Notes: generated by a model not told the origin, from the letters alone. 64,000 bases of DNA from an uncultured virus (IMG/VR IMGVR_UViG_3300005002_000003) (IMGVR_UViG_3300005002_000003); one strand, 5' to 3'; shown: positions 1-9,326, counted from the first letter of the stretch. Numbers and translations: made by a program.

Positions 1-121
1 CCGCATGTTCGATGATCAATTCGCGCGTAACTTCGACTTCATCGCCGAATAACGTCTGAAATAATTTCAATTGGTCCTCACAGGCCTGGAGTTTTTGTAG
101 TTGTTCGTATGTGATTTTCAT
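1..121 (-). CDS. Partial hypothetical protein (runs off the window start)
   Basis: ATG at 121 overlaps the stop of the upstream ORF (ATGA); open frame MKITYEQLQKLQACEDQLKLFQTLFGDEVEVTRELIIEHA to the edge. Confidence 0.7.
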   Translation of the reverse strand, partial: MKITYEQLQKLQACEDQLKLFQTLFGDEVEVTRELIIEHA

Positions 122-525
122 TTACGATCTCCTGTTGGCTCGGGGAGCAGGACATCTGGATTGCACATCCGATAACAATACGCAAATTGCTTTCTCCCTT
201 CTTTGTCGAGGTAGAAATACCCCGTGCGATTCTCAACTACTGCCCGTTGGTGATAGAACGTCAGCGCATCGCTGAGAATCACGGAGAGCACCCCGGCGTA
301 GAGAATTACGCCTATGAGGTTCGGCCACGGCAGGCCGATGCGACCACGCCGAAAATACTGGACGATCAGCTGGATCTGCCGCACTGGCTTGAGCCCGACA
401 CCTCCTACTGTCTTCAAGATGTCGCTGGGAAATATGAACTGCATCATGAACACAGTCAGTGCAGTGAGTGCGACGTATCCGAAGAGCTGGATGAACGAGA
501 GGGAAAGCAGATATTCCATAATCAC
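118..525 (-). CDS. Hypothetical membrane protein
   Basis: Two hydrophobic segments; coupled to the downstream ORF. Confidence 0.65.
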   Translation of the reverse strand: MIMEYLLSLSFIQLFGYVALTALTVFMMQFIFPSDILKTVGGVGLKPVRQIQLIVQYFRRGRIGLPWPNLIGVILYAGVLSVILSDALTFYHQRAVVENRTGYFYLDKEGRKQFAYCYRMCNPDVLLPEPTGDRK

Positions 526-686
526 GCAGTGAATTCTGGCCTCGTAGGGGAGTCAACTGTTTTTCCGCCTCATACTAATCCCATGTTATCCACCAGAAGG
601 GCTTCGGCCTCTTGTGAGACGGTGCGTAATATGTTCCACGGCGCAAGTCGACGTGGTCAACCAACAAAAACTTGAGGTAAAAACCT

Positions 687-1007
687 ATGACGATTTCGAT
701 CAACTCTGCAGTAAAGCCCCGCTTCATTGCGGCTACTCTTGGTGCGGCAGAAGCCGGCGCCAATAGTATCACCTTTACTATCAACGAGGGAGCCAACCAG
801 CTGGGTGCCGCGAACCCCGCTTACACCACGCCTGACTTTTTCTGCCAGGTGGAAGTAAGAAGCTCAGCAGGAGCGCTGAAGCCAGGGGTGCTTCCTACCT
901 ATGACGTACTGGGTAGCGGCGCTGGCGTGCTTACGATTGCCAAGGGCACAGAAACATTTGCAAGCGGTGACCGTGTAGTCATCGTCGGCAAAGCAGTCTA
1001 CGTGTGA
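687..1007 (+). CDS. Hypothetical, probably virion structural (beta-rich) protein
   Basis: GAGGT SD; Ala/Gly/Thr/Val-rich; followed by a terminator; CTAA motif at 575. Confidence 0.6.
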   Translation: MTISINSAVKPRFIAATLGAAEAGANSITFTINEGANQLGAANPAYTTPDFFCQVEVRSSAGALKPGVLPTYDVLGSGAGVLTIAKGTETFASGDRVVIVGKAVYV

Positions 1008-1210
1008 GACTGAGTTGCTGACTTGACTTCAACAGCCCGGGGCAACCCGGGCTTTTTTGTGCCCGGATCTGGCCGGCCATACTTGTCTTTGAAGTCCTGA
1101 ACGAAAACCGTGAGATCGACCTGCGGGGCCCCCTTCACTCTGCTTTTTTCCAGGACGATCTCCAGAACTTCTGCCAGAGACTCTGCGGTGTAGATAGATG
1201 GGATGCGCAT
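998..1210 (-). CDS. Small hypothetical protein
   Basis: GGAGG SD upstream; last gene of the minus-strand operon. Confidence 0.55.
   Translation of the reverse strand: MRIPSIYTAESLAEVLEIVLEKSRVKGAPQVDLTVFVQDFKDKYGRPDPGTKKPGLPRAVEVKSATQSHT
1034..1060 (+). terminator. Intrinsic terminator
   Basis: AGCCCGGG-GCAA-CCCGGGCT followed by a T run. Confidence 0.8.
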
Positions 1211-1243
1211 TACAGGCTGTCCTCCAGGTGGAGTAGAATTGTC

Positions 1244-1870
1244 CTATACATGCTTCCACCTAAGCCTCTGTTTCACTCTGTGGATGGTCGATCGAGAAAC
1301 ACAAAATTCCTTTGCTAAGCTATACGAAGAATCGGAACTGGATCTGATTCTCTTCACGTCTTCAGCCGTGAGCTTAGAGTGAGGCATGCGCTCACCTTTG
1401 GCGTTTCTGTTTCGTTCCACACAGTGACGCACGTTGGTAGAAGCATCACCTAATTTTAGGTGATCAGGGTTTACACATGCTGGCACGTCGCATGTATGCT
1501 CAACTAGCTTGCCCTTTGGGATCGCTCCGTATGTATTTTCATACATCCATCTATGACCTCTCAGCCGCTTATGGTTTTCTGATGTAACCAAAGGATAAGG
1601 ACTACAATGATGAGAAATGACAACCCAACAGGGCCCAAGTTCGGGTCTTATCAGTTTCTCTTCCCATTCTATTTTTCTCTTGAGGGCTCCGACAACATTT
1701 ATGCTTTTAAACCCGTTATCTTTCATTACGGTCCTGATCCGTTTCGCGTCCAGATTAAATATCTGTGCAATTCTTCGGTGACTATAGCCTAAATTCACCA
1801 AGCGTTCTAATTCGGCCAATTTGTCTCCCTTCCACGGAGAGCCCTTTACGAAAAATTCTGGTTTCATCAA
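1244..1870 (-). CDS. HNH homing endonuclease
   Basis: HRWMYE...VEHTCDVPACVNPDHL...N HNH motif with HTH-like N- and C-terminal segments; AT-richer than neighbours. Confidence 0.9.
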   Translation of the reverse strand: MMKPEFFVKGSPWKGDKLAELERLVNLGYSHRRIAQIFNLDAKRIRTVMKDNGFKSINVVGALKRKIEWEEKLIRPELGPCWVVISHHCSPYPLVTSENHKRLRGHRWMYENTYGAIPKGKLVEHTCDVPACVNPDHLKLGDASTNVRHCVERNRNAKGERMPHSKLTAEDVKRIRSSSDSSYSLAKEFCVSRSTIHRVKQRLRWKHV

Positions 1871-1873
1871 ACG

Positions 1874-2452
1874 TCATCCCTGTAGATGAACTCCCATGAT
1901 ATCCTGGGGCTTAATCGCTGTCAACCAGAGTTTCCACGGGTAGATATAGAGGTCGCAATCCGGACCTGCGGCAATTTTTGTGTGGAAGCCAGGAACCAAC
2001 CCGCTACGCACCAGTTGCCTCCAGATAGCTCCGGTCACCACGGCGAACTTGGTTTTCTTCTGGCGCCAATGCACAACCATGAGTGCGTGCTTGTTGTTGG
2101 CACTGGCGTCCTTACAGGTCTTCCTCCAGTTCTGAAGCAAGACGTTTGATTTCAGGTTATCGGCAGATATCCAGAGATCCACGGTCTTCATGGACTTGGC
2201 ATCCACATGAATCTCGTCGAAGAACTGCGGCAGGGGATGCCCCTGTAGCGGCACCACATCTCCCGTGGCGCGCACAATGCCGCCGCGCTTCAAGGCGTTC
2301 GTAGATACGCTTCCGCTTCCCGGAGCCCGCCAGCACACAAGTTCATCAGAATTTCCGGTGAACCACTGTGAGAGTTCGCGGCTGAGATCACGCTCCCAGC
2401 CGGCACCTTTGTTTCTGGAGCGTGCTTTAGCCATAGACAATACGTCTGACAT
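1874..2452 (-). CDS. Holliday junction resolvase (Hjc/PD-(D/E)xK type); start may be 2434
   Basis: SRNKGAGWERDLSRELSQW...RAPGSG...GD...DAK pattern. Confidence 0.8.
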   Translation of the reverse strand: MSDVLSMAKARSRNKGAGWERDLSRELSQWFTGNSDELVCWRAPGSGSVSTNALKRGGIVRATGDVVPLQGHPLPQFFDEIHVDAKSMKTVDLWISADNLKSNVLLQNWRKTCKDASANNKHALMVVHWRQKKTKFAVVTGAIWRQLVRSGLVPGFHTKIAAGPDCDLYIYPWKLWLTAIKPQDIMGVHLQG

Positions 2453-2475
2453 GCTGACCAGACGTCAAAGACTTT

Positions 2476-2862
2476 TCACTTGCTCTGTGCTACAGGCGGC
2501 GCCTGTCGTGTTGTGAAGTCCCAGTCCACAGACTGTGCGGAGAAATATCGAACCGTGAAATCCAGCGCGAGTTTAGGATCAAACTCCGAACACGAGAAGA
2601 CGTCAATATAGCCCTCCCGTGTGGCGTCAACCGTGTGTCCCACAATGTTACTGGTGAGAATCCACTGTAGAAATGAGAAGCCCGCAATGACGGGATTGTC
2701 TCCGAAATGGATGACCTGTGGTTCCTGGAATCTCTTCATTTGAATGATGTCACAGAGTTCCACCAGGTAGTCCCTGACGGCCTGTTCAGACGTGATCTTC
2801 TCAAGAGACATCCCGCCCAGGTTCATTCTAAGGTTGAAGCCCCATACGGATTGCACGCTCAT
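2476..2862 (-). CDS. speD: SpeD-like pyruvoyl decarboxylase proenzyme (divergent)
   Basis: FG...GFSFLQWILTSNIVGH...YIDVFSCSEFD matches the prokaryotic AdoMetDC fold, with TS at the cleavage position. Confidence 0.75.
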   Translation of the reverse strand: MSVQSVWGFNLRMNLGGMSLEKITSEQAVRDYLVELCDIIQMKRFQEPQVIHFGDNPVIAGFSFLQWILTSNIVGHTVDATREGYIDVFSCSEFDPKLALDFTVRYFSAQSVDWDFTTRQAPPVAQSK

Positions 2863-3269
2863 ACTTTTCTCCCTCTGTTGATTGTTTTAATATTGGCGTC
2901 CCGTGGCTGGAACCACTCGACGATGTCCTGAAAGCACTTCACAGTGGCCTCGGAGTTGTCTTTGCTTACGTTACAGGTAAAAAGGCAGAGCTGTACGACG
3001 CGCTCCACTGCCCAGGTGTGAATGGCGAAGTGCGACTCCCCGAGCACCACCATGCCGGTGTAGCCGCTGGGAGTTCCAGCGGGCATCTCCGGAAACTTGT
3101 GAAACAGCATATGCAGTGCTGTGAAGCCCGCCTCTTGGATGCGATCGAGGATAAACTCCTGGCTGGCGCAACTATCGGTCAGGGAGTTGAGGTCGCAGGA
3201 GCAGTCATAGAGATCGGCGATGCAGTGTGTGCCAGTGACGTAATCAATTGCGCGCGGTGTGTCCTCCAA
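2859..3269 (-). CDS. speD: S-adenosylmethionine decarboxylase proenzyme
   Basis: GTHCIADLYDC...HKF...GYTGMVVLGESHFAIHTW...LFTC canonical class 1 AdoMetDC motif. Confidence 0.9.
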   Translation of the reverse strand: MEDTPRAIDYVTGTHCIADLYDCSCDLNSLTDSCASQEFILDRIQEAGFTALHMLFHKFPEMPAGTPSGYTGMVVLGESHFAIHTWAVERVVQLCLFTCNVSKDNSEATVKCFQDIVEWFQPRDANIKTINRGRKV

Positions 3270-3302
3270 TCTCTCTCCTCTTCCTCCAGCTGTAGAAAAA
3301 TA

Positions 3303-3545
3303 CTACGATTTGTTTTTAGTAAAGTTCACGCCTCCATGTCTGGTAAATCTGATCTCGATGACCAGCCAGCGCAGGGAAATCGTGAAGCCACGAGTGGTTG
3401 TGAAGAAAGGAGATGGCTTCTGCTTGTGCTCCCAGGTCAGGGTAAGGAGCGGCAGGGGCTCAAGTCGCAATACGTTACCCTCGGGGTGGCGGGAGGTGGC
3501 GGTGCCGAACGACAGTTCGTAGTTTTCGGTTTTAAGCAGGTTCAT
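3303..3545 (-). CDS. Hypothetical protein
   Basis: GAGGAG SD, operon position. Confidence 0.5.
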   Translation of the reverse strand: MNLLKTENYELSFGTATSRHPEGNVLRLEPLPLLTLTWEHKQKPSPFFTTTRGFTISLRWLVIEIRFTRHGGVNFTKNKS

Positions 3546-3873
3546 TTTGGATCAACTCCTCTAGGCTGTAATATACTGGAATTCCGAGTTCCACTGCGCG
3601 TTTAATTTCGGCCTGCGTGCCCCGGGAGGCCTCCATGCCCTGCGCCACAACCACCATGGCGGCGCAGGCTTCCAGCCACGACAGGCTGTAGGCGTAGTAG
3701 GTCTGCAAGTCAATCTCTGCGACGAAACTGAATACGTGGTCGGCCCAGGGGCAGAAGGGCGCGTAGCCGGCTTTCAGAACTTCAACACTGAGCGCAATTC
3801 CTCGGCGCATATTGCCCAGCACGCCGATCACGTCCTCGGCGCTGTAAGCGCCCGCTACATAGATTCTCTTCAT
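3532..3873 (-). CDS. DUF4406/DUF1937-like nucleoside 2-deoxyribosyltransferase-fold protein
   Basis: RIYVAGAYS...PFCP...SRGTQAEIKRAVELGIPV. Confidence 0.75.
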   Translation of the reverse strand: MKRIYVAGAYSAEDVIGVLGNMRRGIALSVEVLKAGYAPFCPWADHVFSFVAEIDLQTYYAYSLSWLEACAAMVVVAQGMEASRGTQAEIKRAVELGIPVYYSLEELIQNEPA

Positions 3874-4196
3874 GTCTTTGCCTCTCTGGTTTTTTTCTTC
3901 GGTCTGGTCTCTGTCAATGCGCGCACGATGTCCCCGCCTTTACTCTCCAGCGCGTAGAGAAGCGCAATTGCGCGGCCGCGCCTCACGATAACTAGAGGAG
4001 ACCGCAGTCTGCGGGCCTGCGTAATGCACTGACTCAGGGTCACCTCGGACTTCAGCCCCGGGGACCAGAGCCCCGATGCGCGGGCTTCGACGATACGCCA
4101 GAACTTTTTCGCCTGGCTTCTGGCGTGTGCTCGGGCTTGCCGCAGGCCACGTAAAATGGACTGCGCGACGGCCTTACGTCCAGTCCGAGCTGTCAT
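3870..4196 (-). CDS. Basic hypothetical protein
   Basis: GGAGG SD, ATGA coupling to the next gene. Confidence 0.55.
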   Translation of the reverse strand: MTARTGRKAVAQSILRGLRQARAHARSQAKKFWRIVEARASGLWSPGLKSEVTLSQCITQARRLRSPLVIVRRGRAIALLYALESKGGDIVRALTETRPKKKTREAKT

Positions 4197-4485
4197 TCAA
4201 CCTGCCTCCGCCGCTGACTCCGCCGTCGCGGTCAAACATGGTGGAGCGCCCGAACTTGCCGTAGGCTTTGTTCATCGGTGTGAACTTACTGGGGTTATAG
4301 GTCACGCCGTCATGTCCTCCGCTGTCAGTTACGAGAGTCACGTTTCCATAATACCTACGGAACACGCATTTCTTCTTCTTTCCGTCTTCACACTCTGCCG
4401 TGATTGTCTCGGGGAAGTCTACGCCAGCGGGCTTCCTGTAGTCGATGATTCTCTGGCATTTCTCGCATTGATACGATCCATACAT
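4174..4485 (-). CDS. Small zinc-ribbon protein (FmdB-like)
   Basis: Start MYGSYQCEKC with GGAGG SD; further Cys residues. Confidence 0.55.
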   Translation of the reverse strand: MYGSYQCEKCQRIIDYRKPAGVDFPETITAECEDGKKKKCVFRRYYGNVTLVTDSGGHDGVTYNPSKFTPMNKAYGKFGRSTMFDRDGGVSGGGRLNDSSDWT

Positions 4486-4742
4486 TGTTTGTCCCTCCGA
4501 GCGCGTGACAGCTTCTTTGTGAATTTCTTGCTGGCAGGAGTTTCCTGCTTCTCTCTGTGTCTGAAATACGTGGCTTCTGTTACTCCAAAGAACGCGCACG
4601 CGCGCTCAATTTTCCAGTGAAACTTTTTGTGATAGTAAGTCACAAGCGCGATACGTTTAGCGGCAGGCAGTTCTGCACGAGGGAATTGCGGCAACTGCTC
4701 GTGACGCGCGAAAAGGCCGCGAGTCCCTACGTCTGGATTCAT
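4419..4742 (-). CDS. Small HTH-like protein
   Basis: WKIERACAFFGVTEATYFRH HTH-like segment. Confidence 0.5.
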   Translation of the reverse strand: MNPDVGTRGLFARHEQLPQFPRAELPAAKRIALVTYYHKKFHWKIERACAFFGVTEATYFRHREKQETPASKKFTKKLSRARRDKQCMDRINARNARESSTTGSPLA

Positions 4743-5104
4743 TTTGAACTCTCCCCGCGCAAAGCGGTCATCGAAATGAGGGTTGCAACCTCTGAGATCA
4801 GCTCCGTTAATAGCACTTCATCTCGAAGAATCTGATTGATCAGCTCCCCATAGGCCTTGCGATAGCGCCTGGATTTCTGCTTGCATCGATAGCGAAACTT
4901 GTCTTCGCGATAGGTATAACGTGTCTGACCGAGATAGTGAGGCTCCAGCCAGCAAAGCACCCACCGCTTGAGATGCCATAGCGATTCCGTATCTCGTTTA
5001 TCGGGGCGGGAGCTTTTCTTCCTCTGCAACATATGCGTCAGCGCCGCGCATATCGTGCTCCTGACGGTTTTGTACATTTGAGCGCGGGCGTCAGACAATC
5101 TCAT
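4739..5104 (-). CDS. Hypothetical basic protein
   Basis: ATGA-coupled to the helicase and the next ORF. Confidence 0.55.
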   Translation of the reverse strand: MRLSDARAQMYKTVRSTICAALTHMLQRKKSSRPDKRDTESLWHLKRWVLCWLEPHYLGQTRYTYREDKFRYRCKQKSRRYRKAYGELINQILRDEVLLTELISEVATLISMTALRGESSK

Positions 5105-6525
5105 AGCGCAACCGCTCCGTCGCGAGGGGCTGTGATGCGGAGTTTCGCGCCTTCGAAGTTGAACTTGCAGTACCCCATAACGGACCCGCGATCATTGGCC
5201 TTTTGAAGCGACACATACAGAATGTCGTTGAACGTCTCCTCTGTCGCCCAGCGCTCGGCAAGCTCGGGGAAGAACTTTTGCTTCCACACCAGGGGTCTGT
5301 TGCCAATGAACACCGCTCTTGCTCTGGCGCTGTAGTAAGACCCACCGAAGATATCGGCATCTGTGAAGCGCAGTTTGTCTACGTCCTGCGGTTCCGTGAA
5401 CTTCACTCTGGTGTCGCGGAGTTTATTTTCGTTCAGCTGGAGCAAGCAGAAGGCGTGAATATGATTCTTTCGAACGATGCGGTGGAACTGATCAATGTTC
5501 GCTTTGATTTCCCTGGCGTCGTTGAAACCCTCGATCATATCCAGAGAATCTACTGTGACAAACATATAGTCGTCATCAGGGAGCACGCCAGCCTGACGGA
5601 ACTTCAGCTGAGCGGCACGTATGACGGCATCGACATCTCTCAGAGTCATGGTCTCGCTGGGGCAGTAGAGGTAGTTCGGGAAATCTGTATTCAGCACCTT
5701 GTGTGCGGCGGCCTTGATCTCTGGATCAAGATTTTTCTGCTGGAGTGATTGTAGACTTACTCCTGAGTGCATGCAGATCACCCGGTCCATTGTGGAGCGC
5801 TTGGACATCTCCAGGTTCAAACTCAAGACGCAAACTTTTCTTCGTAGAAGATTGAATTCAATGGACTTCGCCATGATGCTCTTGCTCTGGCCTTTTGGCG
5901 CCGCATACACGGTAAACTCTTCCTCTGCCGCCGGCCTCGCCAGCATTTGATCGAGCGCTTTGAATCCCAGACTGCGCTGAAGCTTGCCGGCATCTCTGGC
6001 TTCCAGAACGTGCTTGTGTTCGGCCGTCAATTCGCCCCAGGTCAGAAGTTGCTGGTCTCTGCCGGTGACGAGATCAACTTCGTGTTGCATGCGGTCTATC
6101 AGAGACTGCACGTCCTCTGGTCGCAGGAAGTCTGCCTGTTTGACCCTGGATAGAAAGTCAAACCGAATGGAGTCATACAGCTTGAACTTGAGCCCGTTGT
6201 TGCGTGCCGTGGTCTTCACGAAATCCATGTTGGTGAAGTCGGTGAAGCGGTCATGGACTCCCTGTAACTGCGTCATCGGGATATCGCATTGCGACTCAAC
6301 CAGCACGGTGCGAAGCGTATCGAGATCAAAATGAAGTCCTTGCTCTTGCAGGCTCTTGATCCCTGCGTAGATTCCCTGGCTGATTGGGTCCACGAAGTAG
6401 GCTTCGGAAATCCCGAAGACCTCGGTGGGGTTACGCATTAAGAAAGAGATGAGTTTGTGTTCGTTGCTGATATTGGCGTGAGGTCTGTAGTCTTCTTCTT
6501 TTTTCGCCACCTGAAACCTCTCCAA
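5101..6525 (-). CDS. Replicative DNA helicase (DnaB/T4 gp41-like)
   Basis: LGFKALDQML, degenerate Walker A AAPKGQSKS, SLNLEMS, VDSLD, LLQLN motifs of SF4 helicases; DnaB-like N-terminus. Confidence 0.85.
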   Translation of the reverse strand: MERFQVAKKEEDYRPHANISNEHKLISFLMRNPTEVFGISEAYFVDPISQGIYAGIKSLQEQGLHFDLDTLRTVLVESQCDIPMTQLQGVHDRFTDFTNMDFVKTTARNNGLKFKLYDSIRFDFLSRVKQADFLRPEDVQSLIDRMQHEVDLVTGRDQQLLTWGELTAEHKHVLEARDAGKLQRSLGFKALDQMLARPAAEEEFTVYAAPKGQSKSIMAKSIEFNLLRRKVCVLSLNLEMSKRSTMDRVICMHSGVSLQSLQQKNLDPEIKAAAHKVLNTDFPNYLYCPSETMTLRDVDAVIRAAQLKFRQAGVLPDDDYMFVTVDSLDMIEGFNDAREIKANIDQFHRIVRKNHIHAFCLLQLNENKLRDTRVKFTEPQDVDKLRFTDADIFGGSYYSARARAVFIGNRPLVWKQKFFPELAERWATEETFNDILYVSLQKANDRGSVMGYCKFNFEGAKLRITAPRDGAVAL

Positions 6526-6542
6526 GTCACTGTGTCCCTATG

Positions 6543-6576
6543 AAAAAGGAACAAACCCCTGCGGCAACAGGGGTTC
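6543..6576 (-). terminator. Terminator-like hairpin in the helicase leader
   Basis: AACCCCTG-TTGCCG-CAGGGGTT followed by TGTTCCTTTTT. Confidence 0.55.
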
Positions 6577-6614
6577 GCTAATTTCACAAGACCATTCTAT
6601 GACGGACAAACGAC

Positions 6615-6644
6615 ATAATACGAGAACCCGATCGCAGGCGTCAA
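6615..6644 (-). promoter_or_regulatory. Sigma70-like promoter upstream of the helicase
   Basis: TTGACG-18 nt-TATTAT on the minus strand. Confidence 0.6.
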
Positions 6645-7366
6645 TGAAAATTCTCTGGCGGAGACGCTGAAATTAAGGCATAGTTCAGGTCGATCCGCGC
6701 GCGGTGCTGAAGGAGTTCCTGCTGGTGTCCCTGGGCGCAAAGCCATTCAAAACAACTGTTGAGATCGTTGTTCTGTTTCAGCATGTCTGCCAGTAGTGAG
6801 GATTTCATCCTGGGCCATCCCGGAGGGATGCCGTCTGATCGATCGCCGCGAAAGGACTTCCATATTGTTACGTGTTGTGGCGCGAAGCCATATCTGCTCT
6901 CGAAGCTCTCCGGTGTCCAGACTCGGCTCCAGTCGTACCAGTGAACTCCGTGACTGATCACGCGGCTCCAGTCGAGGTCAGCAGAAATCACAACAGCCGG
7001 CCGGCGGCACCGAGCAAGCGCGATTTCCAGAAGGTCGTCGGCTTCGTGTCCGGAGACGTAGAGCGCCTGGGCGCCGCAGGACGCGCGAAATGTCTCGCAG
7101 GCCGCGAAGAATTCCGAAGGCGCGTGTTCTCTGTGAGACTTGTAAGCAGGGTCCAGGGCTTTCCGTTTCCTTACGCCAGACAGAGGATTGTCGAAGCAGA
7201 ACAGGATGTTTGAGGTGCTGTGCAGTAATTTGTGTCGAGTCCTGGCAAGAAACTTGGAGACAGTAAGAGAAGAGATGCGAGTGGTCTGTTCGGACGTCTC
7301 GCAGGAGATGAAACACCTCCAGAGCAGATTGCTGGCATCTATAACAGCAGAGTCATACGTCAGCAT
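6641..7366 (-). CDS. 5'-3' exonuclease / T4 RNase H-like flap nuclease
   Basis: IDASNLLWR, FD, YKSHR, EADD, ISADLD, GDRSDGIP motifs. Confidence 0.92.
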   Translation of the reverse strand: MLTYDSAVIDASNLLWRCFISCETSEQTTRISSLTVSKFLARTRHKLLHSTSNILFCFDNPLSGVRKRKALDPAYKSHREHAPSEFFAACETFRASCGAQALYVSGHEADDLLEIALARCRRPAVVISADLDWSRVISHGVHWYDWSRVWTPESFESRYGFAPQHVTIWKSFRGDRSDGIPPGWPRMKSSLLADMLKQNNDLNSCFEWLCAQGHQQELLQHRARIDLNYALISASPPENFH

Positions 7367-7880
7367 CGTCAGAGTCGTAGTCTTCTGGGTCCATCTCGTC
7401 TTCTGTGTCTTCCGTGTCGTCTTGCGTTTCGACTACGGCGGCCTCGATGACCTCTGCTTCGGGAGACTCGGTAGGCTCTCCGGCAGAGTAGGTCAACGCC
7501 TCGGCTTTCCGCAGGAAGTTCAGGACATTGGCGGAAGATTTAAGGTCCAGTCTGGCGGCAGTCGGAGGCGTGATATTGCGCTCCTCTGTTGGGGAGTCGC
7601 CTGCCTGTATTTTTCCATCTGCGCCGAGAAAGAGGTTGAAGTTGAAACTTGAGTTCTGTTTGAGATAGCCGAGGACCGCGCCGATATTTTTGGCCTTCTC
7701 TTTTTTCAGTATTTCCAGAACCTTGATTTTTTCAAATGTGGTCAGACCTCCCTGATCTTCAGGCTTCAACATGAGATCCTTGAACTGCTGAACAATTAAC
7801 GACTCCAGCTCGTCGTGGGCAACAATGTTGGAGACTACGCTTGCGAGTAGTCCCTGCACGCCGTCAGATTTTTTGCTCAT
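7353..7880 (-). CDS. Hypothetical protein with acidic tail (weak resemblance to terminase small subunits)
   Basis: Helical N-terminus, NFNLFLG segment, acidic C-terminus. Confidence 0.6.
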   Translation of the reverse strand: MSKKSDGVQGLLASVVSNIVAHDELESLIVQQFKDLMLKPEDQGGLTTFEKIKVLEILKKEKAKNIGAVLGYLKQNSSFNFNLFLGADGKIQAGDSPTEERNITPPTAARLDLKSSANVLNFLRKAEALTYSAGEPTESPEAEVIEAAVVETQDDTEDTEDEMDPEDYDSDDADV

Positions 7881-8415
7881 AAATGGCCGCTAGAACGGAT
7901 TCCAGGTTCAGCTTGTGAACCTTTTCCCACATCTGCTTTTTGTTAGTCTCCAGCGCTTTTCTGATCTTGTTCACACGCTTACGCAAACTGATGAGATTGA
8001 AGTTTCGAAACGAAGCGTTGTCTCTCAAGATGACTCTGATCTCCCCCCAGGATTTTTTCTGGATCTCGTATAGATAGAAAGCCGTGGCCAGCATCCTGGA
8101 ATCCCGGCGCTCTTTCTTGGGCTGAGTTTTGATGATGGCGCCGTCGAAGTGGTCGGCAATTTTATCCAGGTCTGAGATGTTGGTGAGCAAGCTGGCAAGA
8201 ATGTGGCCGTCGCTGTCACTGTCGCTGTCGAGGTCGCAGATATACCATGCGATCTCATTCAGCACGCGTGCGGCGTTGTTCTTCTCATCCTCTGTGCTGA
8301 CTTTGAGCCGGGTAATAGACGGGATCTCTGGTTTTTTTTGTCCGGGCAAGGGCGCCGTCATCTGAGGACTATCGTCGTCCTCGATATGGATTCGACGTAA
8401 GGGTTTTCGTGACAT
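7864..8415 (-). CDS. Possible Mor/C-family transcription activator
   Basis: KIADHFDGAIIKTQPKKERRD followed by an HTH-like segment resembles the Mor family HFGGxxIYIPK pattern; CTAA 7 nt before ATG 8415. Confidence 0.45.
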   Translation of the reverse strand: MSRKPLRRIHIEDDDSPQMTAPLPGQKKPEIPSITRLKVSTEDEKNNAARVLNEIAWYICDLDSDSDSDGHILASLLTNISDLDKIADHFDGAIIKTQPKKERRDSRMLATAFYLYEIQKKSWGEIRVILRDNASFRNFNLISLRKRVNKIRKALETNKKQMWEKVHKLNLESVLAAIYEQKI

Positions 8416-8441
8416 CAAGCCGTTAGGCAGATATCACGCTC

Positions 8442-9326
8442 TCAAGCCCCGGAGTGCATGCGGTGGAGTTCGGATCGCAAAACTTCCATCGTGCGATCAA
8501 AGGCCAGCTTCCCTCTTCTCTCATGATGCTGGAAAAACCGATCCACGGCGGCCTGCCCGTGCGTAAGAAATAACAGCACGGCACGCAGGCGATACTCGTC
8601 ATCCGCACTGTTCTCTGCGAAGTCAGAAGTGTCGTCAATGATGCGCGCAAGATGTTTGAGCACGAGATCAGGGTCCACGCGTTGCTGGACTTCACGGTCT
8701 AGGTCGGTGCTCGACAATATTTCGTATACCTTCCGCGACTCGTCGTTCTCTATATCAATGCTGACTGTGCGGTCCTCACCTTTGGGCTTGTGGTAGACGG
8801 CCTGGTAGACAGTAGAATTGAGATAGGCGCCAAAACTGATCTTGATTTTGAAATCAGGATTGTTGTAGTAATGCTCCACCAGATACCAGGCCGCCATGTG
8901 GGCGTGGTAGGGGAGATCCTTCGGGTCCACTTGATAGAGATGCTTCTTCAGGATGATGCTCTGCGCATAGGATTTCAGGATGCCGTACATGCTCCCCAGG
9001 ATATGCGGTGCGCGGTCTTGCTCGAAGTACTGTTTCTGGAGCTTCATCAAATCACGCTCGGTGGGGGGCAGACAGCACATATCGACACGGCAGTGCGGGC
9101 AGATGAACCCCGACTTCACCCACTTCTTCTTCTGGATTTTGCTGTCAAACAGGATGTTCTGCGCGCAGTACTTACAGCGGTAGCGCATGGGTTTCTCGGC
9201 CGGTGCCGGCACAAGTCGGATGCCTCCTGACACCGGGGACTTCAGCGGCAGGGCGCGTTTTCTGGCGGGCACCTTTTTCCTGGAGCGTTTGGGTTTCTGT
9301 GATTTGACCGTCATCTGTATAGACAA
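8442..9326 (-). CDS. Zn-ribbon protein with sigma70 region-2-like domain; candidate phage sigma factor
   Basis: CKYC...CPHC; YNNPDFKIKISFGAYLNSTVYQAV resembles sigma regions 2.3-2.4, followed by VSID; TTG start 6 nt after CTAA. Confidence 0.45.
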   Translation of the reverse strand: MSIQMTVKSQKPKRSRKKVPARKRALPLKSPVSGGIRLVPAPAEKPMRYRCKYCAQNILFDSKIQKKKWVKSGFICPHCRVDMCCLPPTERDLMKLQKQYFEQDRAPHILGSMYGILKSYAQSIILKKHLYQVDPKDLPYHAHMAAWYLVEHYYNNPDFKIKISFGAYLNSTVYQAVYHKPKGEDRTVSIDIENDESRKVYEILSSTDLDREVQQRVDPDLVLKHLARIIDDTSDFAENSADDEYRLRAVLLFLTHGQAAVDRFFQHHERRGKLAFDRTMEVLRSELHRMHSGA

